Shown: positions 1-10,925, counted from the stretch's first letter. The stretch: 40,633 bases of DNA from Dimorphilus gyrociliatus (GCA_904063045.1 CAJFCJ010000101.1:45838-86470); one strand, 5' to 3'. The notes: generated by a model from the sequence alone, not told the origin. Numbers and translations are program-made.

Positions 1-76
1 AAATAAATTTAGCATGTGTGTATAAGGAGGAAGCATATTTACTTATTATATGTTTTTAGTAGTATTATATGGTACA

Positions 77-142
77 GGAGAAAATGTCCACTAGAGAAAA
101 CGTCCACTATTTGGAGAAAACGTCCACTGGAGAAAATGTCCA
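77..142 (+). repeat. Left TIR of the MULE (tandem ~15-20 bp units)
   Basis: GGAGAAAATGTCCACTAGAGAAAACGTCCACTATTTGGAGAAAACGTCCACTGGAGAAAATGTCCA; its reverse complement recurs at 3672-3733. Confidence 0.9.
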
Positions 143-344
143 ATAGATGAAATGCCTATAAGAGGAATTTGATGTAGGGATGAAAATATTTAATATTCAG
201 AGTTATAAGGGAAATTTGAAAGGAAAAACTAAATAAGAACAACTGGAAATATTTGAATATGAATATATTAAATAAGTACAACTAAAGACCAATAATAATA
301 TAATGATAGACAATAGTGTAACAAAATTGAAGAACAAAGAGATA

Positions 345-1955
345 TTAGACTGGGCTATAAATATTGGAAGCTTTTTCAAGTAAATCCAATGATGTGATTG
401 AAGCAACCTCAAATTGTTGCCATAAGCTAAATATTTTGCTTTGAATATTCTGATATGCTTTTCTTGCTGTCTACAGATTTTCTTCTCGCTCAGCAGTTTT
501 TTATATAGTTTTATCAGATCTGCTTCTCTTTTCAGTTCATCCAAAAGGGAATAGAAGCCAGAGTTTAGATTGATGATTTTTGTTCAACCTGTGATGCCAG
601 CCCTCAAGGTCATTATTGGTTCTGATAGCCTCACCATATACAGACCACATCTCTGGTTTAAAATATCCATCTATCCATTGAGTTTCAATGTTCTCAAATA
701 AAGGATGTATTTCAAAGGAACATATTTCTTTTATAGCCTGAAAAGTTGGTTGAACTAAATCAGAAGGCAGGAAAGGTAAGGTCATTAACTTCTTCATGAC
801 ATCATATTCTGCTCCTCTTTCCTTGTACATCTTACAAAATCCCAATTCCTGGAAAAAAAACATATGTATTATATCTGCATCTGAAGTGGTTGATTCAATT
901 ACTTGAATCTTTCTATAAACTGCTTGAGTCCAGTGAAAAACACATCCTTTAATGATTGTCTGAGGATAAGTGGAGGATAAAGCTTTCCAAATAGCCTTTT
1001 CAAAGTCCACAACAATTTTTTTAGGGCTATGTCCATTTGTTAAATCTTGCATTGCCTGCTTTGAAAGTTATTAGATCATTAAAGTTGAAATGTAAAGTTT
1101 CTGTACCTTAAAAAGTTTCTTGTAAGCCACCTTTTTCTTGGATCCCATAAAAGCAAATGCCATTGGAACTTGTTTCATCTCACCATTCTTTTTGATGAAT
1201 CCATGAATGGAAAAAAGTTGATAAAATGGGTCTTTTACACATTTAAATGTGCCATCCATAAACCATATTTTACCCTTTGATAATAAGTCAATTTGCTTTA
1301 AAGTTGAAAATATCAGTATTCTATCATTCTCCATTTGAACTGGATTTGTCTACAAATACTTAATCTATTTGTTTGAAAGTGAATTACACGATAATTGGTC
1401 ATATAATCCCTATAAGTAATGTTGAAATGATATTTATCATTTTGTACTGGAAAAATATCTAAAAATTTGAACAGAAACAAGCAAAATAAACTGGATTTTT
1501 GTCCTATTTCTCTTGAAACAAACATTTTGTTCTTTTCCAACAAGTAATACATAAGTAATTAATTATGAAATGAGTACTGTCATTTGAAATTCTTTTTAAA
1601 ACATATTCACCATTTATGTATTCAAAAAATTTTCTTTCTAAAAGTATAATTTGAAATTTCCTAGGTGTCAAAAAAAATTTAGAGCAAATCACTCACTTTT
1701 TAGCTTTGATTGACAAGATTGCATTTCAACATATAAATTGTCAAAATTTTTGGAATTGGCACAAAATTCAGTTAAATTATGTTTAGCACATTTATTAAAT
1801 AACACTGGATAAAATTCCTTTGATTCATCATCATAAACCTCTGCTATAAAAGTAACAGAGTTATCTGATCCTATTTTGAATGCAAATCCATATGCAAATT
1901 GGATGAAAGAATGTAAATGCCAAAATATTTTTACAATTTTTATATTAAAATTCAT
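345..1955 (-). pseudogene. Intron-containing MULE transposase, frameshifted
   Basis: Motifs WFMDGTFK, IVVDFE, GCVFHW and RTNNDLEGWH. GT-AG introns at 1056-1106 (joins LFK|AMQD) and 849-902 (joins KIQ|ELGF). Frameshifts near 1335, 550 and 430. The C-terminus LWQQFE...IYSPV* ends at 345. The 5' limit (1955) is uncertain. Confidence 0.85.
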
Positions 1956-2121
1956 ATTTAAAAAATGTTTTAAAAATTCAAAAATATAAAAAATATTTTT
2001 TGAAAATTTATACTGAAATCAAAAATTTAATTAGTAAATATGTACACATAGGTACAATACATTCGCCAGCTCTATTTTACAATAAATAAGTAGTATTAAA
2101 CTAGTATTGTTTCAATTTTGA

Positions 2122-3526
2122 ATGAAAAATCATAATGGAAGAGAGGTCATTGCTTTATGTGACTCAGGAGCACTTTTATCCTTTATTACAGAAAAAGAAA
2201 TCAAGTTAATGGACCCAAAATTCATAAAGATGAATACCACTGGCTTACCAATTATTACTTCAGCAGAGGGAAATGCTTTAAAGACAAAAGGAAAAACCAA
2301 ACTAAACATCCAGTTTGCTGGAAGAATTTTTTATTTTGGAAAAACTTGATATAGCTATAATTCTTGGTTGTGATTTCCTAGAAAATACTGGAGCTCTTTT
2401 TAATTTTGCAACAAAACAAGTTTCTCTTCCATTCTTTATCAGAAAAGGGGAACCAGTTAAAAAGTTTCTGCAACAAAATCAAAACCACCAAACCAAGTTT
2501 AGAAAACAAGGCAACATACAAAAAGTAACTGTTGGAATGATTGGACAACACTATCAAGAGTATGACACTCCTTCAGAAGTTTCAGATAGTGTGGACTCAG
2601 ATATGGAAATTACTGATCCAGATACTGGATATGATACAAGCAATACTTTTGGTTCAAGCATAGTCTATGAGGAATTCCATGGCTTTGACTCAAATAGCAA
2701 CTATGGCACAGATGAAACTTCCAGTACTTCTGAAGATTATGGTTCAGAAGCAAGTGCTGAACCAGACAATAACTCAGACTCAGATTTGGACTTAGTGAAT
2801 TGCACAAACTCATCTGAAGAAGCAACTGACAACACACCTGATTCTGACAATGACTCAGTTATTGTTATAGATTCATCTGATGAAGAGACTGGCAATGCAA
2901 CTGCTTCAGATAACAACTCAGTTATTATCATTAATTCATCTGAAGATGAAGCTGAAAACACAACTGAAGAATTGGCTACAGAAATGGAAATGAAAACACA
3001 ATACATAGAATTAGAAGATGGAATAACTATCAAAATTGAAAAAGAACAAAAGAAGACTCCAACAACTCCTGAAATAGAAGAATTACAGCTGGAAAGTATT
3101 GAGTTTGAACATTTGTCTGACCAAAATGTACACAATATTAATTCAAATACAGTAGAAATTGACAATTATTTACATGTGTCCAAAAATAATCTTGACAAAA
3201 GCAGAGAAGAATTATAAGACATGATCAAGAATTATGAAGACATTATTGCTACAAATCAAAATGATATTGGTTCACCAGATGTCCCACCAATGGCAATTGA
3301 ATTATTGGAAGATGTGAAACCTTTTAAACAAAGACCATACAGATTACCACCCAACAAACAACAGGAATGCAGGGATCAACTTAATGGATTACTAGAGAAC
3401 GGTTTAATTAGAGCAAGTAAAAGCCAATGGGCTTCACCAATTGTTTTTGTGAAAAAGAAAGAAGGAACATTGAGAATGTGTGTATTATGGGAATGTATTG
3501 GATACACCACAAAATATAAATCTTAA
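2122..3526 (+). pseudogene. Ty3/Gypsy pol fragment: aspartic protease, long acidic spacer, start of RT
   Basis: LCDSGA and ILGCDFL (protease, with a frameshift near 2330); PFKQRPYR, SQWASPIVFVKKKEGTLRMC (RT N-terminus). In-frame TAA at 3215-3217. RT similarity stops at about 3482. No LTRs seen. Confidence 0.85.
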
Positions 3527-3671
3527 CTTCCATATAACAATTATATTTCTAAGAAATATGTAAATTCTATATCCAATAACAAATATTCACAAATTGAAAT
3601 TTTAATAACCTTTTTTCCACATCTTATGTACATAGTCAACATTTTCTCCAGTGAATATTTTACACAGAGCA

Positions 3672-3733
3672 TGTTTTCTCCAGTGGACATTTTCTCCAAA
3701 CAGTGGACATTTTCTCCAGTGGACATTTTCTCC
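3672..3733 (-). repeat. Right TIR of the MULE
   Basis: Reverse complement reads GGAGAAAATGTCCACTGGAGAAAATGTCCACTGTTTGGAGAAAATGTCCACTGGAGAAAACA, matching the left TIR. Confidence 0.9.
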
Positions 3734-4023
3734 ACAATTCGTATTATATGTTCAATACTACTTAATAATGAATAGGATCTAAGACTTCAAAGAGTCCATA
3801 ATAAACAATTAATTAAAGTCATTATTATTTGGGTTTATAAGTTTATATATTAATCATATTGTAAAATTCAAGTTCAATTGTAAATTGCAAAATTTAGCTT
3901 GAAAATATGTTGCCACGCCTTGTACAGGCACCACCCTACACAAAAGTAGGTCAAGCCTGCTTATCTCTATATTAGCTATCAGCACAGTGCAATACTAGTT
4001 TAATACTACTTATCTGCAGATGT

Positions 4024-4218
4024 TGTTGAAAACGCCAACAGTTTTGTGGTTTTACCCTAACCCTAACCCAGCCCTGGACTCACTTCTAAGGGTTCCATTG
4101 TTCCTAACCCTAAGTTTGGACCCACCTAATTACAAACCAAATACTTTCATATTTTCCCTAACCTATTCCCAACCCAAAATCTCACCCCAAAAAGACACCA
4201 AAATGGGTGTTTTCAACA
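4024..4218. mobile_element. Putative ~195-bp MITE-like element with internal CCCTAA-type repeats
   Basis: 13-bp inverted ends TGTTGAAAACGCC (4024-4036) / GGTGTTTTCAACA (4206-4218), one mismatch. Internal CCCTAACCCTAACC and CCTAACCCTAA. No clear TSD. Confidence 0.45.
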
Positions 4219-4539
4219 GCCCCCCTTATCTACTATAGAATAAAGCTGACGAATGTGTGTGTATAGAGATTTCATTGGACACAAAAAAAATTCATATTTT
4301 CCTAATCAATCATAAATCTCTTTACAAAAGTTCAATTACCTATTATTCCTTTTGAGATAGGGTTGTTAAGGTTCAGTACATTTTCTCTAAAATATTCATA
4401 AGAATAAAAATTGGCATGAGAGATATCTTTATAATTGTCAATAATTTTGCTTTAAATTTTATTGAAATCAGCCAAGTAGTTTCTGAGATGTGATTTTTAA
4501 AGAAAAAAAATTAACTCTTTTATCAATTAAGACAGAGTT

Positions 4540-4790
4540 TTCTATTTTTATAGAATTCAATTATCTCTTATGGTTCTACAGTTATGATGCTGTCAAATTT
4601 TGGTTGTTATTTTTTGCATATAAGCCTACATACAATATTTGTCAAGGTTAAATTAACTTTATTTATATTTAAAAATCAGCTCTGAAATTTGTCATTCATG
4701 GTGATTTTTGCATGCAAATTTCAAATCCATTTATGGAATTTAATTATCCATTATGGTTCAAAAGTTAAAATTTGTCATTAATTTAATCTA
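4540..4790 (-). repeat. ~183-bp tandem repeat, same family as 10455-10925 but inverted
   Basis: GAATT(C/T)AATTATC..TTATGGTTC at 4553 and 4736; the reverse complement matches GAACCATAAAAGATAATTGAGTTC at about 10812. Confidence 0.65.
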
Positions 4791-5798
4791 TAGGCTTACA
4801 TGTGTAACCTTTATGTAAAAAAAAACAAGTTTTTTATATACCAGGTAACCTTGGTATAAATTTATTTTACAGAATTTTTATCTTTACAACTCTGTTTTTT
4901 TTTGCTAACTTAAATTCTCATAGAATTTGTCTTGCAAATTCTTGATTTAAGGAGATAAGCACTCTTTTGAAATTCACCTGGATTTCTTTTGTTAAACTCT
5001 CACAAAAAATTACTCATTCAAATTTAAATGACAAGAGGTATAATTTATAATATTTTCAACTGTTTGTGGACATGGCATTTGAATGTTTTATAAGAAAATG
5101 TGAGTCAGCCCTCAAATTTACCACACTTTTATGCTTATCAGAAATAGCAGAAGAAATCTATTGAAAAGTATTGTTAAAATGTTCCTTGCTTCATCTAGTA
5201 AGAAAAATGTATATTGTTTTTTAACCAAAATCTTTGCTCAATAATTTCATTTTAATTTTCTTTTCACTTAATACTATTATGACCAAGAGGCGTATAGTAA
5301 ACATCTTTGAGTTGGTTAAAACCCCTTAGTCCACAGTAAGAAAATGTGAAAATATACTAAATTATTCACAAATATTTGAAATTGATTGAATTAAAGGTGA
5401 AGGTCAAAATTAAAGGTGATTATAAATTTAATGCCACATTGTGTTGTAGTAATCACTGACATTAACCTAGGCCATTAAGGTTACTGGCTTCACTGTAGAA
5501 TCTGCCCATGTTCTTTTGTCTTACTCTAAACAAGTTAGTAGATCAGGTGTTTGAATGGTAAATATATCATGCTGACTAGACCTTTATCAAAGAGACTCAT
5601 AAACAAATAGGCTAAAATACTGTTTGAAGCTATTATGTATTTGTACAAAAGAGGATAGAATAAAATATACAATTGCATTTAATTTTTACAATAGAACTGA
5701 ACTATTAAGAAAAAAAGTTTATGAAAAATTGAGTTAGGCCAATTGCTCACAAAACATACAAAACTTGCAAAATATTCACAGTTGTCCGAGAAATCACG

Positions 5799-7386
5799 AT
5801 GGGTTCAACAATCTACAATTTTACTATTCTCTTTTTTATTTTTGGTTATATTTCACAAAAAACTAATATATAATCAAACTTATATATTGCCTTTTTTAAT
5901 TAACAGTTTATGGAACTCATGCAAACAACTTTGACTTGAAAGTTCAGGTTCCTGCTCAGATGATAGAAGGTTCGGAAGATTATATGTATTTTACTAAAGG
6001 TACTGGAAGTCCTACATGCAGGTTTCTATTTTTTTATTTATTGTTAAATGACAAATTTTAAAAATTCAATTTTGTTCTCCAGCTTTACACTTAATAAACC
6101 AGATGGAAGTGAAATAACTACAGGCTCACTAGTGATAGATGGCTTTAAATCTTTTACATTGGCCAGTTCTCTTTTTACACAGATCACTGCTGATTTTTTA
6201 GCGACTTATAATTTTGACTGCTCATTTCAAGGTGACACCATTAACTTTCAGATGGAATCATATGTTCATTCAATTGAAGGTATGCAATGGAATGTTTTAG
6301 TCAATATCTATTAAGTATTTATAATGCTTTGTTAGATTTTGGTGGGTCTAGTTTACCAGCAACATTTGGTATTAAGATAGAAATATCAACTCAACAAAGT
6401 TCACCAGTTACAGTTTCCATTGAGGGTGGTACTGGTGGTCCTACTTGCAGGTAATGTTTCATAATAAATTTCAGTTTATCATCATTTATTTTTCTGTTAT
6501 TCTCTATTTCAGCATAACTGCACCAGATGCTAATGTAGCCACAGTAGACAATCTTGGACCAGTTTCATTTCAGCAAGATCCAATGACAATTGTAGTTACT
6601 AAAACTGGTTCCCAAAGCTCCCTTTTACTTTCTTCAGTATGCTCAGATGGTGGAAAATCATTTACAAGCAGAATTCCAGTTTACTTCTCTGCAACTGCTC
6701 CTTCACCATTTGCATCTGCAACAGGAGATCCACATTTTGCTCAAAATGTTGTTGACCAATCAACTATGTCTACTAAACAAATATGTTATGATGTAACTGG
6801 GAAAATGGGAGATTATATATATATTGCATCATTTTCTAATAGTGGAATAAAGGTTTTTGGCCAACTGAAAGATGATTATTATATGCATCAAATTGTCATT
6901 CAATCTCCATCTGCCAATGTCACAGTAGCATTAGATGATATTCTTTTTGGTCATAAACATAATATTGAGTGGAATGAAAATATAAAGGAAATGACTTTTC
7001 AGACAAATGAGTTGAAATGTGAAATTGTAAATGACAAAAAGTTTTTATGTACTGAATTAAAGTCATCATTTCAAATTGCTGTTGAAAAATCAAAACACTT
7101 TTTAGGGGAAATGCATCTTGATGTAGGTTTTGGACTTTTGCCTAAAAATTATATTGAAATGGGTGGATTGATTGGAGATATTGGCAAGAAAGAATTTCAA
7201 TTCTTCTCACCAGTTCAAGTAGACCAGAATATTTTGACAAGTGAAATAGTAGCTGTTCAAGTGGACAAAAATTTGTTAAAAGGAAATGTTGTAAAAAGAA
7301 ATGGTCAAGCTTGCTGGTTACTTGACACAAATGAAATTTTAAAACCTATGAAGATGACCAACTATATGTTCAAAGATATTAACTAA
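5799..7386 (+). CDS. Secreted 448-aa protein: signal peptide, two ~104-aa beta-rich repeats, ITIH C-terminal-like (GDPH) domain
   Basis: Exons 5799-5844, 5907-6021, 6083-6279, 6336-6450 and 6513-7386 join in frame (1347 nt) across GT-AG introns of 62, 61, 56 and 62 nt. The N-terminus MGSTIYNFTILFFIFVYGTHA looks like a signal peptide. ATGDPHF..ICYDV..SGIKVFGQL..HLDVGF..GGLIGDI resembles the ITI heavy-chain C-terminal domain. Confidence 0.85.
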
Positions 7387-7560
7387 TATTCAAGTCAATT
7401 GAATAATTCACATTTAAAAATTTGGCTTAAACAAACAGAAGAAATCAGTGTTTTCTTTAATTCTCTATTAACTTGATACTTTTATTTCATAAATTTTAAA
7501 CTGACATTACTATTACAATGTCAAAAGACATTACTTATGAAAGATTGATTTAATACATAA

Positions 7561-8127
7561 ATATTCACAAATTTTCCACAAATTGAATTTCAAATAGTTT
7601 CAAATTTAAAGGAATCTTACGTTGTATTATTACAATTAAAGAATAGTCTATTAGGTTTAGTAAAGATTAAAAGGATTTTCGGTGATAAATTCCAGTTTTG
7701 CTGTCCAGTATTGAAGAATATTGGCAAGCATGTCGACTGTTTACCGTCTGTACAAATGTTTTTCAGTTGCGATAGATTATTAAGTTTAGATTTGATAAGA
7801 CTTATCTTTTGGCTTTTTGGAATTTGGTGATTTTGTTACATCTCTCTATATTCTTTTTGTTGGTATTGCGGATATGTACTTTTCAAATTCCTATCTGGAA
7901 AACGACAATATTTGGAAAAATGGCACAATTTGCCAAATATTAGGTGCACTAATGACATTTTCACAGATATTATCATCTATTTGTACCCTACTCGTTACGT
8001 TGGAGAGACACCAAGCCGTTGTTAGACCATTTGACGAATCAATTTTTCAAAAATACATCGTTATCATTATTCCCTCAGTAATAATCTTTTGCCTGACAAT
8101 ATTGATAATCCCATTAGCCTTTAATCC
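7561..8127 (+). pseudogene. LGR/GRL101-like (relaxin-receptor-type) GPCR fragment
   Basis: 7561-7830 reads ..IFGDKFQFCC..DCLP..FFSCDRLL..LIRLIFWLFGI (hinge and TM1). The sequence then jumps, with frameshift, to GDFVTSLY..WKNGTICQILG..TLERHQAVVRPF (TM2-TM3). TM1-end/ICL1 is deleted, and the gene is cut off after TM4 by telomere-like repeats. Confidence 0.8.
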
Positions 8128-8169
8128 GGGTAGGGTTAGGTTAGGTTAGGTCTTGGGGTTAGGGATTAG
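8128..8169 (+). repeat. Degenerate telomere-like TTAGGG/TTAGG tract
   Basis: GGGTAGGGTTAGGTTAGGTTAGGTCTTGGGGTTAGGGATTAG begins exactly where GPCR similarity ends. Confidence 0.75.
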
Positions 8170-8580
8170 CACAATCAGTACAGACTGGTAATCCCAAAAG
8201 TGCACACACACTTATAACCAAGCTTTGGCTAAGGGTTGGTGTAGCTATTGAGGAGTTGCTATCTTGAGTAGCAATTCCCCAGCCTAAGCTGTAACTGTAT
8301 CTCCAACAAAACCACTTACAAATTCTCCACAAGACTGTTTTAATATGCCACCATGGGGATAGCCAACATTCTAATAGATTCAGAGTGTTGGTATTTGCAA
8401 AAGAGCCAGACATTCTATGTAGTGGAGATATGGTGAAGCTAGCCATAGCCCAATTACACTTTTTACAATCAGCAATGAAAAACATGTGGTCTGAATTACA
8501 ATTGAGGTTTCCCTCAATCTTTTTAGTAATATTGAAGACGAGTAGAATCAGGCCCACACTTAAATGACAAGGGTAACTGT
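8128..8580 (-). mobile_element. Probable 3' fragment of a Penelope-like element with a degenerate GIY-YIG-like domain
   Basis: The minus-strand ORF reads KKIEGNLNCNSDHMFFIADCKKCNWAMASF..LHRM. This follows the PLE endonuclease pattern (I.G.F.C.S.N.IY.I.C..C...YVG.T....RM) but with the GIY and YIG triplets replaced. YPHG occurs in an adjacent frame. It ends in a C-rich CCTAA/CCCTAA tail. Confidence 0.45.
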
Positions 8581-9126
8581 GAGAGGTATAAAAGGGAAAA
8601 TATGTGACAGTACTGTGTGAGTGAAAAAATGAATGTTTAAAAATAAATTGTGATACTTCAGTTCAATATAGATGCTCTTTTAGAAAACCATAGACTTAAT
8701 TCAATACTATTTAATATGAATACTTAACAATAGCATTGTGAGCTGGGTACAGATAGAGATAAAAGCTCAGAATATTCAATACATATCTTATTTGGAAAAC
8801 ACTGGCTTTTTGTTGAAAGTTTGATATAAAACTTTGGACAAATATCATTCATTTGTTGAGGTTCTATTTGGACAAGTGCTTTGGTGTAATATTAAATGAG
8901 GGGTATGGACAAATATGTTTGGGATGAGAACAAAATTCCTACAATCACAATACAACAAAGTACAATACAAGTAATCATAAATCTTGTAAAATATGTATTA
9001 AAGAGAAAAAATATCAGATGTAATAAAAACATTCTACTCTCAAAAAATTATGCATTCTAGTGTTTTTCCTTAATGTGTGGAGCTTTTGTTAATTTTACAT
9101 AAGCTTTTCTCCCCTTCTTTCTGATA

Positions 9127-9432
9127 TTAGAAAGATATATTATAGGTTGCAAGACAATATGATCTTCTTGAATTACAATTCTCAAAAAATTGTCGTTTGC
9201 AATGTAGGCAAGAATTTCTGCTAGTATATCGCTGAAAGGAAAAGTACAAATAAAGCTTATGGAATAAATTTTCTATATATAATACCTTCTCCAATAATTC
9301 TCTCATAAGAAGAGTTTCCATCAATCCTTCATCTCTTCCATCCAATAACTCCATCAATTCACTTTGAAATGGTGCAGAAATTGCACAATGTGCCAGCATA
9401 ATAACAAGACAAATGCCCAAAAGATATTTCAT
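9127..9432 (-). CDS. 83-aa secreted prepropeptide: signal, acidic pro-region, KR site, 4-Cys cationic peptide
   Basis: ATG at 9432, MKYLLGICLVIMLAHCAISA signal. Removing a 54-nt GT-AG intron (9232-9285) creates EK|R, followed by YTSRNSCLHCKRQFFENCNSRRSYCLATYNISF*. Confidence 0.75.
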   Translation of the reverse strand: MKYLLGICLVIMLAHCAISAPFQSELMELLDGRDEGLMETLLMRELLEKVLYIENLFHKLYLYFSFQRYTSRNSCLHCKRQFFENCNSRRSYCLATYNISF

Positions 9433-9789
9433 GATTTGGAAGTAGCTTGTAAAAGATTTGAAATGTGTGAAAGTATAAAATATTCTAGTTGATATATATA
9501 CATATATATATCTTTTATATTTTTTTGACAATATGGAGTTTATGATAAAATGAATAGCAAAAAAACCAGTTTAAGACTTCAATAACTCAATACTGTGTAA
9601 TATGCTTCTGAAGGCTGTAAACAAAAATTAATCTGTTACTATTTTATACCTGTGTACTACTTATTCAAAAACCTTTGAGAGAAATACAATCGCCAGGTTT
9701 TTTTTAATATATATCATATTGAAAGTGCTATGTATTATGATACTGTATATCAGAATTTGTACATACCATTTTAAAATCATCAGCAATTG

Positions 9790-10070
9790 TAGGGGATGTT
9801 CATTTAACTGGGTATTTTAAATGTGATTTTGACTCCTTATTCTTCAAACTAAATATGAACCATGTGAATAAAACATTCAAAATATATATAACACACTTTC
9901 CTGTTCAATGACATATCTACATACCATTATATCATTGAAGGATGTATATTTTGAAAGGAATTGTTGAAGTTGTTCATAAGACCAGCTATTTTTAAGGTGA
10001 TGTTGACTCCTTAATCTTCAAACTATAAATGATTTCTGTGAAAAAAACATTTATAATATATATAAGACAC
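9790..10070 (+). repeat. Degenerate 174-bp tandem duplication
   Basis: GACTCCTTA(T/A)TCTTCAAACT at 9831 and 10005; TGTTCAT at 9797 and 9971. Confidence 0.7.
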
Positions 10071-10454
10071 ATGGAAAATCCTGTGGGAACATGCCATAAG
10101 CTAATCTGGCCTAGATAAAATTATATAACACCAATGTGGAGACATGAAGTTAGTTAGTAAACTTTAAAATCACTGATAATCAAATTACATCTGAGTGTGA
10201 GAAAGTTCTACAAACATGTTAAAGAGAGATAAGAGTTTGTTGTAACTTGATATCAGCATTATAGTATTAATGTATGTACTGAATTTCAAATCTCTATCTT
10301 AATTAACAACAATTAGTCAATAAACTGCAGTTTGGCTATTTTAAATGTACTTTCCATTCTGGTAGGTAGAAAATTTTTCTAGATAAACACTCTGTTGGAA
10401 TTGTTTCTAATTTCCTTATAATAGCAAACTGTAAAACACCTTAACTTCTAATAG

Positions 10455-10925
10455 TAACTGATATTTGGATTCTGTAAGCAGATTTGAGATTGGCAAACCA
10501 AAAATAGTCAATATACCAAGTTTCAAAGCTCTAAGTTAAGTAATAACAAAGTTAGATTTCAGACGACAAATGTTTTTTGTAGGTCTATATACAAAGTATC
10601 AATTAAAATATAAAGTTGCCATAACTTTTGAGCTAAAAGAGATATTTGGATTCTGTAAAAAGATTTATAATAGGCCCACTAATATTAATCTATGTACCAA
10701 CTTTGAAAGCTTTATGATTATTAATAACAGAGTTAGTTTAACCCTGACGAATATTTCATAAAGCTCACAAATAAAGAATAATGAATAAAACGTGACAGCG
10801 CCATATCTTTTGAACCATAAAAGATAATTGAGTTCTGTAAAAAGATTTGATATAGGCGTAATAATATCAATCTATGTACAGTTTTTGAAAGCTTTAACTT
10901 AATTAATAACAGAATAAAAATTTTG
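10455..10925 (+). repeat. Three ~181-bp degenerate tandem units
   Basis: GATA(T/A)TTG(G/A)(A/G)TTCTGTAA at 10460, 10641 and 10823, each followed by similar ..AAAGCT..AATAACA.. blocks. Confidence 0.75.

Larger units (their letters stand above)
72..3740 (-). mobile_element. MULE/Mutator DNA transposon with TIRs and 9-10 bp TSD, carrying a Gypsy-derived cargo
   Basis: About 60-bp inverted ends built of GGAGAAAA(T/C)GTCCACT units (77-142 vs 3672-3733). Direct repeat GTATTATATG at 62-71 and 3741-3750. MULE transposase remnants inside. Confidence 0.9.

Noticed and set aside
77-142. CRISPR-like look of the short repeat arrays (also 12936-13075 and 14414-14567)
   Set aside because: No unique spacers and no cas genes; eukaryotic context; explained as TIR or subterminal repeats.
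2610-3165. Minus-strand ORFs 2610-2837 and 2737-3165, and similar antisense ORFs (16168-16458, 17850-18122, 18275-18631, 36695-36928, 38704-38922, 40384-40566)
   Set aside because: Shadows of stop-poor plus-strand coding regions.
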